A stretch of DNA of 64,000 nucleotides, taken from the NCBI GenBank assembly GCA_964035545.1, contig OZ037765.1:2294001-2358000 (forward strand), in the 5' to 3' direction. Below the pieces are notes generated by a model, which was not told where the DNA came from, did not search any database, and saw only the letters and a program-made list of their open reading frames with translations. The DNA is from Bugula neritina. Its lineage: Eukaryota; Animalia; Bryozoa. Positions 35,069-47,937 of the stretch are shown here, piece after piece. The stretch's first letter is position 1. Every line of letters starts with the position of its first letter. The position numbers and the translations under genes are program-made.

Positions 35069-35836
35069 CCTTTCTAGGTAATCTAGATACTTCACCCGGT
35101 GCCAAACATCTCTATACATAATATTATAGCCTGTACAGTATATTATATCTAATAGAATGAATGACATCATTACTCTAGAGTCTGTTGGAGAACTACTGGA
35201 GAAATATTAGTTCTGGCAGCACAGCTCTGTAGCCATTGATGTAAATAATTCATGTTATGTTCTTTGGATGTTTGTCTATTACTTCTGGGCAATTGTATTA
35301 AATAACTCCTACTTTTCTACTGGTGTCCATGCATTACAGTAGCCGAATTTATATTTATGATATTTATGTATTTTTATAAACAAATTATTAGCAGAGTAAA
35401 ATACTGTTTCGTCAAGCACATTTATAATTATTTTTTTCCATAAACATTATTTAAAATAATAAGATGACTTGTGACAACTAGAACTTTCTTATTTTAAAAC
35501 ACTTGAAGAAAGTTTTGTTGAATTTAAAAAGAACATTATCGCAGTATTATAAAACATACTTTTATTTATATAAACCTAGTTATGAGTCGAGAAACTGTAT
35601 GATAAACACATTTAGCCTTGTTCTATTACAATAAATATATACCATTTATATGCATCTGAGTTGTTACTAGCAGTTCAAGCATAGATTAGCCTAGGATGCT
35701 TTTTCACTTCAGTAAAGATGTAAAAGTTATTCAACTAAAAGCATTTTGAATGAGTGCCCAATTCTAACATGAGTCCGTGTCAGAATTGGGCCCGGTTATT
35801 GGTAGACTATATATACAGGAAGTGTGGCTGTCCTAT

Positions 35837-38800
35837 TCATCTTATGCAGCGTGGGAAGTAGGTGCTGCTGACATATCCTCCACGCATAGACTTCTGCACG
35901 TTCTGAGCAAACACCTGCCTGTTGGATGTCAGCACGTTGGCAGCTTCCTTGTTCAGGGGGTCATCAGGATTCGGTTCCTTCAAAATTCAAGCATCAACAA
36001 TGAACGCTGCTGTGACATTCAATTTAGTTATATAAGATCTTTATAAACTTCATCCTGCATTTTAATTCTCTTAAACACCTCCTGAACCTTATTTGTTAAA
36101 TTATGGACACTATTATGTACTTTATTGACTGCTTAATACAACAAGTAATGAAAACAAACAAAAACTTTTTTCTTGTCATAACTGTATATTTGACAATAAA
36201 TAGATAGGAAGAAAATCTTACATCAAGGTGAGGAATGATAACTCCCACAGGTGTAGCAATTTCCAAGAAGAGAAAATATTAATTTAAATGTATAAGCTAC
36301 ATCTACCAAGTCCAATACCAAACTGTATGCTTATTCGAGTGCCGCATTCAAACAAAATTTTTACATTTAAAATGCAATATATTCACGAGTCGATTGAGTA
36401 CAACAGTAACATCAAATGTATAGTAGTAGGCTGATAAATGCAAGATTTGTGATATAAATATCTATGAGAGCATAACATTTCACAGCTATGACAGGTAAAT
36501 ATCCTATTAATAAATTTTATTTATTAAATTTTCTCTAACCAATCCACTGTGAAGAGCACAAACAAATGTTGGAGTAAACTGAAGTAAACAGCTACAAAAC
36601 ATGATGAGGGAGTTGTCCTCTCAAATACCTCGGCTAATACTCAGTACACATAATATAACTAGCAATAGCAAACTTACCAAGAATAAATATTGTAGGCCAT
36701 AAATAATGGAGTTGATTGTGAGAACAGGTTTCCAGTCTTCTCTGAAAATAGGAATAAACCAATCATAGCAAGCAATAGAGCGAACCAATCACAGCTGGCG
36801 ATAGAACATATAGAGGTTAAAGGTTCAAGATAAAGAAACAACGGTGTTAAAAATCTAAAGCTTTCATTTCTTTAACAAGTTAAAAATTAGTCATTGGTGG
36901 CACATACTTTATATAATTATCAATAAACTGAAAAATTGCTTATTTGGTTGGGAGTTGAAAAGAGGTAAAATATTAATGAAATAGACATAAATTTCAGTAA
37001 CACATCAAATAAAATAATGAAATTAGCAACTATTATGAAAAGAGAAAAAGTTTCAAACTAGCGTTTCAACAAATCCTTCAACAATTTCACAAGAAAAGAA
37101 AATTATTATAACTACAGTTTCAAATTGAGGCCCACCATTCAGATAAGAGACATATTGTAGGATACATCTCAAAATTTCAAAAAGAAAAAAAAAATGGACG
37201 AAGGCCGACACGACAGCCTGTCCTCTGGCCGAGCCGCGTACTCCCGCGCTGAAGCACTCACCGCAACCTTAAGCACAAGGCCACGGAGTCCCAGCCAATT
37301 GTTTCAGCTTAAAAGTTGACCAGCTGATTGTTAAAATTCCTAACATTCAACAATGGCTTCACGCAATAAAATTTCATCCAATCGCAAAACAATTAAAAAT
37401 ATTTAAATTAAAAAGTATTGTTTTAAAAGAAATAATTTAATAATAATAGAAGTTTGCTTTTTAGCTAGGCAACTATTGCTCTAACATCAATGTTTTCATT
37501 TGAAAATTAATAAGGTGGTCATAGCTGACTGTCAATTCATAAAAAAAACTTAAAACAATAGGAAGCACAGTTACAACTAGCGATATCTTCTTTACCTGAA
37601 TTTGGCAAGTCTGAAGTTCAACACAACCAGGAAATGCTGTGTCATAATTATAACCAGCTATCAACACAAAAATAAAAGTTTTTGTTCTAAAAAAGTTTCT
37701 ATTCCATATAATACATAAATATAAAATGTATTGAACCCAATCAATCATTAATACAGCAACACTCTGTCAGTGCTAGTTTAACTCCACAACTGAAAGACAA
37801 GTATAAACAATGCTACCTGAGAATATTCAAGCAGATGTTCCCTTCTAGATCAATATTGGGGTGGTACACCAACGTCTCACACTTGACTTTAGGTGGTTCG
37901 TGAGGATATTCGTGACCAATTTTAAAACTGAATTGAAACTGTCCGTGCTTGTAGAATCCCTACAAAGTTGGTGTGTAAACTCAGTACTGATGACTATATA
38001 AACGATAGTACTGATAACTGGATAACTGATAGTACTGATGACTAGGTAACTAATAGTACTGATGACTAGATAACTGATAGCACTGGTGACTATATAACCA
38101 ATAGTACTGGCGACTATATAAATGATAGTACTACTGACTAGATAACTGAGAGTACTGATGACTATATAACTAATAGTACTGGCGACTATATAAATGATAG
38201 TACTACTGACTAGATAACTGAGAGTACTGATGACTATATAACTAATAGTACTGGCGACTAGCCACTAGCAGATACCTCATCTGGGCATATATAGAGTTTG
38301 AAGTTGAGTAAATCATCGGGATCGGGGAAATCTGTTTTACATGTGGTCGGTAAGCTGAGCTCGTTTATATCTACAAAATATATTTAAAATATTTAGATAA
38401 ATAATCAAAGCAAATAACAATAAAAATATATATCTTCCAGTGATGTAGTTTTAGCCTGTTGAGACATGTCAGGGTGCATATATTGAATTATACAGAATAG
38501 AAAATAGAAAAAGATTAATTTTATGGAATATTCATTTCAGAAATATTATCAATTGTGATGAGCACTTGAATAAAAATAAACAGAAAGTTCTTAAAAGTTT
38601 TTGCTATAAGAAACTACTCCAACAATCTTGAAAAATTATTATATACAATTTTAAAACAAATCTAATACAATAAAAGGCAAGGAGCATCATTATGGAAAAA
38701 TTAATTAAATTCACGAAAAGTAAATTCAGAAATAAATAGGGGTGTCTGACTCAGAGGATTTTGATGTCTGATTTGGGTTCGGGCATCCGATTCGGAAATC

Positions 38801-39868
38801 GAGTGTCCGATTCCTGTGGGTCGGACGTCAGACAAGCAATCGGACATCCGAATTCAGGCAGAATATCGGATTTCTAGTGAGGGATCTTTTAGTGTAACAA
38901 AGCGTTTTTCTGTTATTGATCGGTCTTGGCAAGGAACCCTTATGGATTATTTGGACTATTGGCTATCTACTAACTACTTTTACTTGTAAAGGGCTATGCC
39001 GGAGCCTTTTCTATCAGCATCTAATAAAGTATCGGCATCTACTACCTACCTCATCTCTCTCAGACTCTCACAAAGAGTTTTATGTTCTATCAGCACTGTT
39101 ATTAGTAGGCAACCCACACGTTTACAACAATAATATGAATATTTTTTTTGGTTTTTTATCATTTCACGGTTTAAAATTAATGTCTCAAAAGAGGCTTAAA
39201 ATTTCTTAGTAAATCAAAAATGAAAATTCTTCACTAGTTTAACTGTATTACATTGTGATTGTGATCATTTGTTATCTAAGTTGTGTAAAATTATTGCAAT
39301 TCAGTATTCACTACATAATAAAGTTAAACCATTATGACATTGATTATGATTGGCTCCCTTAATAAATTGATAATCACAATAATTTCATAAACATATTGAT
39401 ATTCATATTGTCATTGACAATGATGACCATAATTATTAAGAATATAAAACTAGAATATGGAATTTAGGAATTCGTCTGGCTCCGTTAATCAACAAAGCAA
39501 AATGAGTTGAACTTTAAACTTAAATTGGCAAATTTATTTTTAATCATTAAATTTAATGTTCATTTTCATTAAATAAAAATAGCAATGCAAAAATACAAAC
39601 AGCAATTTAACTTTATCACCGTTATCACTTAGAGTTAATCATTATGATCATGATTATTGTCATCTCGATTTTACTTTGAGTGTGTCTTTTGCAGTTAGAG
39701 TTACTGTTACTGTTAGACTTGGTCATAGTCATAGTGTTACTTTAGTTTAAGTTTACCTTTTGTTAAACGTAGTTGAGCAGCAGAAGCTCTGTTCTGTGTG
39801 CCCCCTCCTTTATTGGCAGATGCTCCATCTGCTTGCTGCTGATTTTTTAAAGAAAATAGTTTCAACAT
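35837..39868 (-). CDS. UBE2M: NEDD8-conjugating enzyme Ubc12
   Basis: Exons 39868-39757, 38370-38276, ~37959-37817, ~36741-36678, 35977-35837. N-terminal [56 protein letters not shown]. Confidence 0.95.
37981..38262. repeat. 22-bp minisatellite (~12-13 copies) filling UBE2M intron 2
   Basis: TAGTACTGATGACTATATAACT-type units spanning almost the whole intron. Confidence 0.9.
38737..38875. mobile_element. Probable hAT-like DNA transposon end fragment
   Basis: Starts TAGGGGTGTC, followed by clustered TCCGA/TCGGA subterminal repeats; GC-rich within an AT-rich intron. No matching second TIR found. Confidence 0.4.
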
Positions 39869-40808
39869 AATGGTTATACGTATTTTTATCAAATTTAATT
39901 TGAACCGCTTTGAGTCATTCCACCATAAAATCCTTTTCAGCCAAGTGAAGCAGATACTTACTAAATTAAATTACGCGAAAAGCAGCACAAGGTTGGGGGT
40001 GACTTAGTGCACTAAGATCTTTGACACGGTTGTCCGAACTTCAAAGTTGAGACCCTCTTCGATCTAATGCACTTAGTGACCATAAACTTGATGCTGTTTC
40101 AAGCGATTTTTTAGCTAATCGTCCACTATGCGTTAGCGAAGTTTTTATAAATAAGACACGCTTAAGGAGTTGTCCTTTCTCCTCCAAAAATATGCTTGTG
40201 TACGTGAGCAACTACTATTTCCTAATATAATAGAGCAACACTAGCTGAAAGTCTCAATAATGATAAATGTTTATATATATAAATATTTTACATATAAAAT
40301 ATATTTTGCTCTTTGTAGTCTAAAACTATACCCAAAGTTCTTTACAGAGCACAAACTATACACAACAGATTATGCAACTATATTACACTGCTGCATATAG
40401 ATTAGTGAAAATATAGCCTGTGATTACTAATTATACCAATTAGTCTAGAATCTAGATAGAGTATGCATATTCATATAACTCTGGTTTAAGCTGCCTTTCA
40501 ACACCTTTAAAACTAAGTTTTTTAAACCCAAGTGTTTTCAATTTAAAAGTTTTTACTGTTACATTTTGTAAATTTTAAAACGGATAAAATGACAGATAAC
40601 GTCAAGTATATAACTCATTATATGGGTCGAAAATTTGCTATATGCATTCAATTTTGTGGTGGTTAGAGTGATTATTACTGAATACTTTCATTACATAGTA
40701 CAAGACTACCAGCTGCTGAATTCTTTATATAATGTATTAAAAATATTGAATATAAAAACAAATACTGTAGTAAAAAAGCTAAATTCTATAAAAACACAAT
40801 CTGCATTG

Positions 40809-43489
40809 TCATAGTGACAAAGTCATGAGTCGGATTAGATTGGCTACAATGTACACATTCAGACTGTTGCCCAAGGACCTGTATCTCTGCTTGCGGGTGG
40901 TACTGTTGGGAAACCCTAAAATGAGATGCATCTCAGCGTATATAGCATATAAAATGTTGTTTGGCGTAAAAGGTTGCTTAATAACAGCCATCACAGAAAT
41001 TCAATAAAATCTGTTATAAGACTTACTAAATTGTTGAGGGAAGCAGAGCAGTCTAGCAATCTCTTCTGGTGTAAAATGGCGCAACTCCAAAGTACCATCC
41101 TCTAGTTTATTACCAGTTGATATAAAACTACCTGATCCAACAAAGTAGTGGCCGTACCTGATACAGAAGTATACAAGTAAACATCTAAGGACATCATTTA
41201 AATACAAAATAATTAAGTGATCAAATCCTATCAAATCTGAAATGACAATGAAAGATCCCTTAGATGAACATAAACTAAAATTACAAAGCATATGCATAAA
41301 ACTAACTATTAGCAGTGTGAGAGACAGCAGACTTCAATTATTCCGTTATATTACTGTATGAGAATAATTTGATGTCATTTCAAACAAATAATTTCATTAT
41401 AAAAAGTTCTGCTAAAAGTTTTATTCAATCTTATTACTTCATATTCATATTTAGACTAGATAGCAAGCCACCTTTATCTGCTTTTAGTCCAACAGTTTTA
41501 TAAATCAAACATTTGCCTGACTATATATAGAACTGCCTACCAAAATTACATTTCGCCTACTAAGACTTTACTCCGCCTACTAAGACTTTAATCCGCCTAC
41601 TAAGACTTTACTTCGCCTACTAAGACTTTAATCCGCCTACTAAGACTTTACTCCGCCTACTAAGACTTTACTCCGCCTACTCAAACTGCTATTTCCCAAA
41701 ATATATAATATATAAGATACCTTTTCGTAAAACAACAAGAGTTTCTTGAATTGGCTGTTCTAATATCCAACCCTTGATAGTGCTTTTTTCCCTTTTCACC
41801 GAGCAAATAATCTGAAGCACATTGGGTAGATGACTCCAAAAAGTTCCCAAGTAATGATATACGCTCATCGTTATCTATAGCAGTTGTAATTTGCTCAGCA
41901 GTGAGTTGCACATCTGAATCAGTGTCACATGTCTGAGAATTCTCCGGAAAGTCTATGTCTATGTACTTATGTCCATTTAATAAATAGCGCAGAGCTTCAC
42001 CTGGTACCTTGTACTGAACCTACCACAGAAAATATTCATAAAATAAAAACAACATGATGTAATAATGAAACTACAACTAAGAGACGTAGCAGTACTAAAT
42101 ATAAACAATATGTAACATTCCGAATCTGTCTTGTTTTGATTTAATTTGTAGAGCCTTCAGCTAAAAAAAATCAGTTATTGGTGTGCAAGTGCAAAGATTC
42201 ATTATAAATTTGTAGAAAGTACACATATAGCATCTATTTTTTGTTACCTGTTCAATAAGGGGGAAGGCAAAGTGCCCACCCTTAGATTGATGCTTAGCTA
42301 TGCAGTAGTATCTCAGTCTAGAATTAGGTATACTAAACTGTAAAGGAGTTAGCAAGAACTCCTGATAAATATAGCCTTTCTTTGATAGGGTGGATATGAA
42401 CTGGTCCCGGGTTAAGGAATCTTCAAATCCCTTAACATTTTCTACTAATACGTATGAAATAGGGGAAGACAATCTACAAGTTTCATACAGACAAATAAAA
42501 TCTGAAAAAAGTTTTTAATTTAATGACAAATATTAGCTTAAAAGCACTTAAATGTAATAAACAAGCAAAGAGTAAAAGATCTATCTATCATACTCTTTCC
42601 TAAAGTTATAATGCAGAAAAATATGTGTAACTAAAGAGACCGCTTCGGAAATTTTAAAATTCAAAAACAACTAAGAAATCTATTTTTTAAATTAAAATAA
42701 TAATCATAGAAATTAAAACTATCTGTTGAAAAGTTTGTTCTAATTCCAAAATATTCAACTGGCTTGCATAAGATTATTTAACTCTATTATTGCATTATTG
42801 CATGTTATTAGTTACACACATATATAAAAGAAAGAAAGTTCTGGTAAATAAAGTGTCTATTACTTGTCTAGAAGCTGAAGAATAGAAATGAAAGCATCCG
42901 TCCGCTGATCTTCTAGATCCTTCTTGAGTCCGACACGAGTAAATGGTTGGCAAGGGGGACTCATCAGCAAGGTGTTTACACCAAAGTTCTCAATCTCTTT
43001 CAGGGTGAGTGACTGTAAGTATTCATCCTTTTGTGTAAACTCTTTTAGACCTCATTGCATAAGTTACTTCAAGCATGATATTTTGTAATCAATTCAATAA
43101 AAACTGCATTAACTAGGCAAGCTTATATCAATTTTTGTAAAAACAAATGGTTAGTAAAAGAAATGTGTAGTAAAACATGAACAAATAGCAAACCAAATAT
43201 ACCTGAATTTCTCTTTGAGCAAGCAGCTGTGTGGGAAAATTGTGTTGATATACAGCATTTGTAACTGTGTTGATATCAACAGCACATTTCACTTCAAAAT
43301 CTAAGCCAGATTCTACAAAAAACAACAAAAATAATTTATAACTCTCAAAACCGCAAAATATTATAACAACTTTGACAGATAAATCATTTTATTGAGTGTA
43401 AACATGAAACAGCTACCTTTTAAAGCATAATGCATGCCCCCAATACCACAAAACAATTCCAGAACATTCAACTTCTCAGGCAATGCCAT
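40809..43489 (-). CDS. TRDMT1: tRNA (cytosine-38-C5)-methyltransferase DNMT2
   Basis: Exons 43489-43417, ~43312-43203, ~43013-42864, ~42473-42247, ~42019-41720, ~41157-41024, ~40917-40809. Motifs VLELFCGIGG, SPPCQPFTR, ENVKGF, PNSRLRYY, DNMT2 signature CFTKRYGHY, LGNSLNV. Confidence 0.93.
41552..41681. repeat. 20-bp minisatellite (~6.5 copies) in a TRDMT1 intron
   Basis: CGCCTACTAAGACTTTA(C/A)TC repeated. Confidence 0.9.
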
Positions 43490-44959
43490 GTTGAGTTTCC
43501 AGTTAGAATATCTTTCTCCTGAAAGTGAACTAATGTTTTACTGTAGCCACAGACAAGCATTTGGATCCCATCCAATCAACATGTATGTAGCAATTATATA
43601 ACATTATAAGCTTCACTTCCTATAAATTAATCTTTCAACTTATAATGCTAAGATTCCTTATAGTTATTACAGCCGGACAGATAGTGATACATTATAACTT
43701 TTTTGTTTATTAAAATCTATTAAGGACATGCAGAAATTGTGTTTTGTTTGTTAAATAAGTTACATGAGAAAGCAGATAATATTAGGTGTCACCCAAAATG
43801 GAGCAATTAATCAGTTTATTCACATTTCACTATGATTGTCACCTTACTCCCTGAATGCACTCACACTGAGACCAGACCGATTTTTCAAATCAGATTTAAT
43901 ATTTCTGTTTTAGTTTCAGCTTGAGCATCTCACAAAAATTTTATTTTGTAAGTCAGCATAAGTATCATCAAGTATGGATATAACTATTAATATTAGTATA
44001 ACATTAAGTTCAACTATAACTAACAGATTGAGATTCAGATTGAGATTGTCAATGCCATTGTCATTGTCATTCACATTGTGATTCACTGATAGTGATTGTG
44101 TAGGATCAATTCATCACATATTGATGTATACAAAAATACAATTACACATGTATCAGTGATTGATAATTGTTTTTGATTGTGACTCAATATGCCAATAATT
44201 ATACTCAATTATACTATCAATAATAATGTTATATTATGTATAATAATAATAATTTAATCAATTACATTTAGCTTTACTGATTTACAATTAGTATTACTAT
44301 AAAGTTTACATACTTTGCGGATTTGTGAAATATGGTACTAAACTTGGTACGCTAAACGACAAAATCAGTCTGACAAATCAACAAAAGCTTTTGCATCGAT
44401 ATCCAATAGCAAGTGAGCCCGGTCAGCACAAAACAAAACTTCATTATGCAAACTGTAGTCGTTTGGCCAGGCTAGGCTTTCGAGAAAAAGTGCCTCTAGC
44501 TTGAGTTCTATGGTTAAAACTCGTGGGCTGATCTGTAAAGATGGCTGATGAGCATAATTATAATACTATTTCGGTATTTGTCATTAGGAATAGCTAAAAT
44601 TATAACTGAATGAGAACTGTTAATAGTTACTATAACTATTAAGTTTTAGAATAATTAGCTGTAATGTATAACTATAGTCTATAATAATATCGTTATTTAT
44701 GTAAAGTTAATGATAAGTGTTGTATTCACAATACTGAATAATTCAGTATTCAGTATTGGGTTTCAATTTGATATATTATTTATAATATTAATATTAATAT
44801 TGAAAATGAATTCAATTGAACCTTTTTAATAAAATTAAATATAATGATAATGACTAATTATTTAATTAATGATACTTTGATAATGATAATAAAATATAGC
44901 GATAATCATAATTTTAATGTATTGCTATTGCTACATTATTTACTTATACTAGTTGTATT

Positions 44960-45033
44960 ACTACTACTAGTACTACCACCACTACCACCACCACCACCAC
45001 CACCACCACTAGTACTACTACTAGTAGTAGTAG
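44960..45033. repeat. CTA/CCA/TAG trinucleotide microsatellite
   Basis: (CCA)n core flanked by CTA and TAG repeats. Confidence 0.85.
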
Positions 45034-45197
45034 TCCTGCTTCATAATTGTTATCATCTTATGTGAGTTACTAGCAGATTGATATTTCTGGTGCTGTTACT
45101 GTTAGTGGTAGTGGTAGACCCATGGCTGGCCATTTGTGTTCCATTAGTTGTGTAGTATAAACTGAGATTATTTTGTTACTCACATTGTAGATTTTAA

Positions 45198-45944
45198 ATG
45201 GCGTGTTACAAAATTGTATTAGTTCGTCACGGAGAGAGTGAATGGAACAAGGCGAATAAGTTTACTGGGTGGTATGACGCAGACCTGTCAGAACTAGGAG
45301 TTCAGGAAGCAAAGAAAGCTGGTCAAGTAGGCCTTCTACATACTTTGTTGATAACTGTCCAGTTTTATATTAATTTTTTATTTACATGTTGATTTTTATT
45401 GAACATGTTAGGCTTCCTTTTTTCATGATTGAAAAATATTTAAATGTCTTTTGGGGTCAACATTTTATTACATCCTAAAAAGTTTGCAATGCTTTTAACC
45501 TACGTAGCATTGTCTTATGTAATATAAATAATGATTGTTACTTGCCTATTGGTTACTAGACAGGTTATTCTTTATAAGCTATGCTCCTGTATCACTAAAA
45601 TAGATGAATCCCACAAATTGCTGAAGCACCGTAACACTTCTGATGTTTTAAAACTACCCCCCCCCCCCTTTTCACTTTTATCATTCTTGAAGGAAGCATA
45701 TGAAGTAAAGGAAAATTAGCATTATAATCAACCAAGCATTTCAAGGTGCCATTTGAAAAAAATCTACATTCGTTGGCCGTCTTTATTGAGCTGTGCTGTA
45801 CCTAAAGAGTGTAGTAATAGTCAGTTTACTTAGCAGTAATAGATATGTAATAACTTGTGTAGCAGGAACTTTGAGTTACTTGAAGTACTCCTCCTTCTGT
45901 CTCTTGATAGCTTTAAATTTTATTTTTTCTTACGTAAATACCTG

Positions 45945-46016
<72 letters not shown>

Positions 46017-47501
46017 GTATGTTGCCTGTATTACATACTATATTGCTCGACATAATACGAAAACTCCACTCAACTTGCAGCTGTTGAAGGAGAACAAGTT
46101 GAAGTTTGATGTGGCGTACACGAGTGTGTTGAAGAGGGCCATCAAGACTCTGTATCTGGTTCAGGAGGAGCTGGACCTCCACTGGATCCCCGTACACCGC
46201 CATTGGAGACTCAACGAGCGCATGTACGGCGGTCTGCAAGGACTCAACAAGGCTGAAACTGCTGCGGCACACGGTGAAGATCAGGTCAAGGTGAGTTGGA
46301 ATATCAAATATCACCAGAGTCAAAAATTCACCAACTTTGAAAATTGAATTTCTTCAGTTATGTTTATCACGCAACCAAAGATTTTTTTGTGACTTTTGTC
46401 AACTTGTTTAATTTCATATTAATATTAGTCAGTTCATAGCCTCGGTTCCTGTTCACAGGTATGGAGACGCTCGTACAGCACCCCTCCGCCTCCAGTAGAA
46501 CTCACCAGCGAGCACTACCCCGGTACAGATTCAAGATATGCTATGTTGCCCAAGTCTCTCATTCCCAGAAGTGAATGCCTCCAGGATACCGTAGAGAGAG
46601 TGCTTCCCTATTGGTTTGACAATATTGTGCCCGCCATTTTGGTTAGTGTGTGATATGTATTCTGTCGGCCATTTTGATTAGTTCCCTCATATGTTGTGTC
46701 GGCCATTTTGGTTAGTGTGCGCTATTTGCAATTCTGCTATTGTGGTTCAAACTTTACTTTATGAGCACTTATCAAAAGCTTATTATTTCATAGTCTGCAG
46801 TATTTATTGTAAGAGTTGAAATGCTCATCTGTTTCTTTCAGAATTTATATCATGTAGTGCAGTAGATTATTGGCATGATATTTTGAAAGTAAAAGGATTT
46901 CTGTTCACAAGGTGTAGCCTCAGATCTTATAACTGATACAAATTGTTACAGAGGGGAGAGAAAGTGCTCATCTCCGCCCATGGGAATAGCCTGAGAGCTC
47001 TGGTGAAGTATCTGGACAATGTCAGTGAGACGGAAATTGCTGAGCTCAATATTCCTACAGGTATTTAACCAGTTTTAGTAATATCACAATGTTGTGTCCT
47101 GATGTCACAATATTGTGTGATGATGTCATAATATTGTGTGATGATGCCACTATATTGTGTGCAGATGTCATAATATTGCGTGCTGATATCACAATATTGT
47201 GTGCTGATGTCACAATATTGTTTGCTGATGTCACAATATTGTGTACTGATGTCATAATATTGTGTGATATCATAATATTGTGTACTGATGTCGTATTATT
47301 GTGTGGTAATGTCATAATATTATGCAATGATTTCGTGATATTGTGTGCTAGTAACATTGTCTATTGTCTTCCCTTGTAGGTATTCCACTTGTATATGAGT
47401 TAGATGCAGACCTTCAACCAATCAAACACTACTACCTGGCTGATCAAGCTGAGGTCAATGCTGCTATGGCAAAAGTAGCCAATCAGGGCAAAGCAAAGTA
47501 G
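45198..47501 (+). CDS. PGAM: Cofactor-dependent phosphoglycerate mutase (dPGM)
   Basis: Exons 45198-45326, 46081-46290, 46459-46641, 46952-47060, 47380-47501. Motifs [38 protein letters not shown]-terminal QGKAK. Confidence 0.95.
45947..46014. repeat. (TA)n microsatellite
   Basis: ~33 TA units. Confidence 0.95.
47080..47350. repeat. 21-bp minisatellite (~13 copies) filling PGAM intron 4
   Basis: TGATGTCACAATATTGTGTGC-type units containing the palindrome CACAATATTGTG. Confidence 0.9.
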
Positions 47502-47937
47502 CCAATTGAAACAAGCTTATTTGTCTGATATTCTGGACTTCCTATAGTGTGGCTAGAGAACCAAGTTATTGTAACGCACTGTGCTCTCTGTTGGAGTTGT
47601 CTAATCGTTTTGTATAGTATTTCACTAGTTGTATTTTATCAAAATCTCAAAGGCTCTATGGTTTTAATTTATTTGGTGCATAAAATTGTGACTGTCAATG
47701 TTTTCTATATCATGTGCAGAGAATTTTTTGGTGTTATTTAAAGCGTCGGTTTATTTTCAATATGATTTAATTTTTAGATTCAAATAAATAGAGTAGTGTA
47801 AAGCAAAGTGATGATCTTTTGAGTAGTAGTATATTATTGCTAGATGTGTTGCTACAATCCGCATTGCATGCATAACTAGAATTGTTGTTAGCATCTCTTT
47901 CAGTGTTTCTAGATTATTATTATATTAGAATTTCAAT

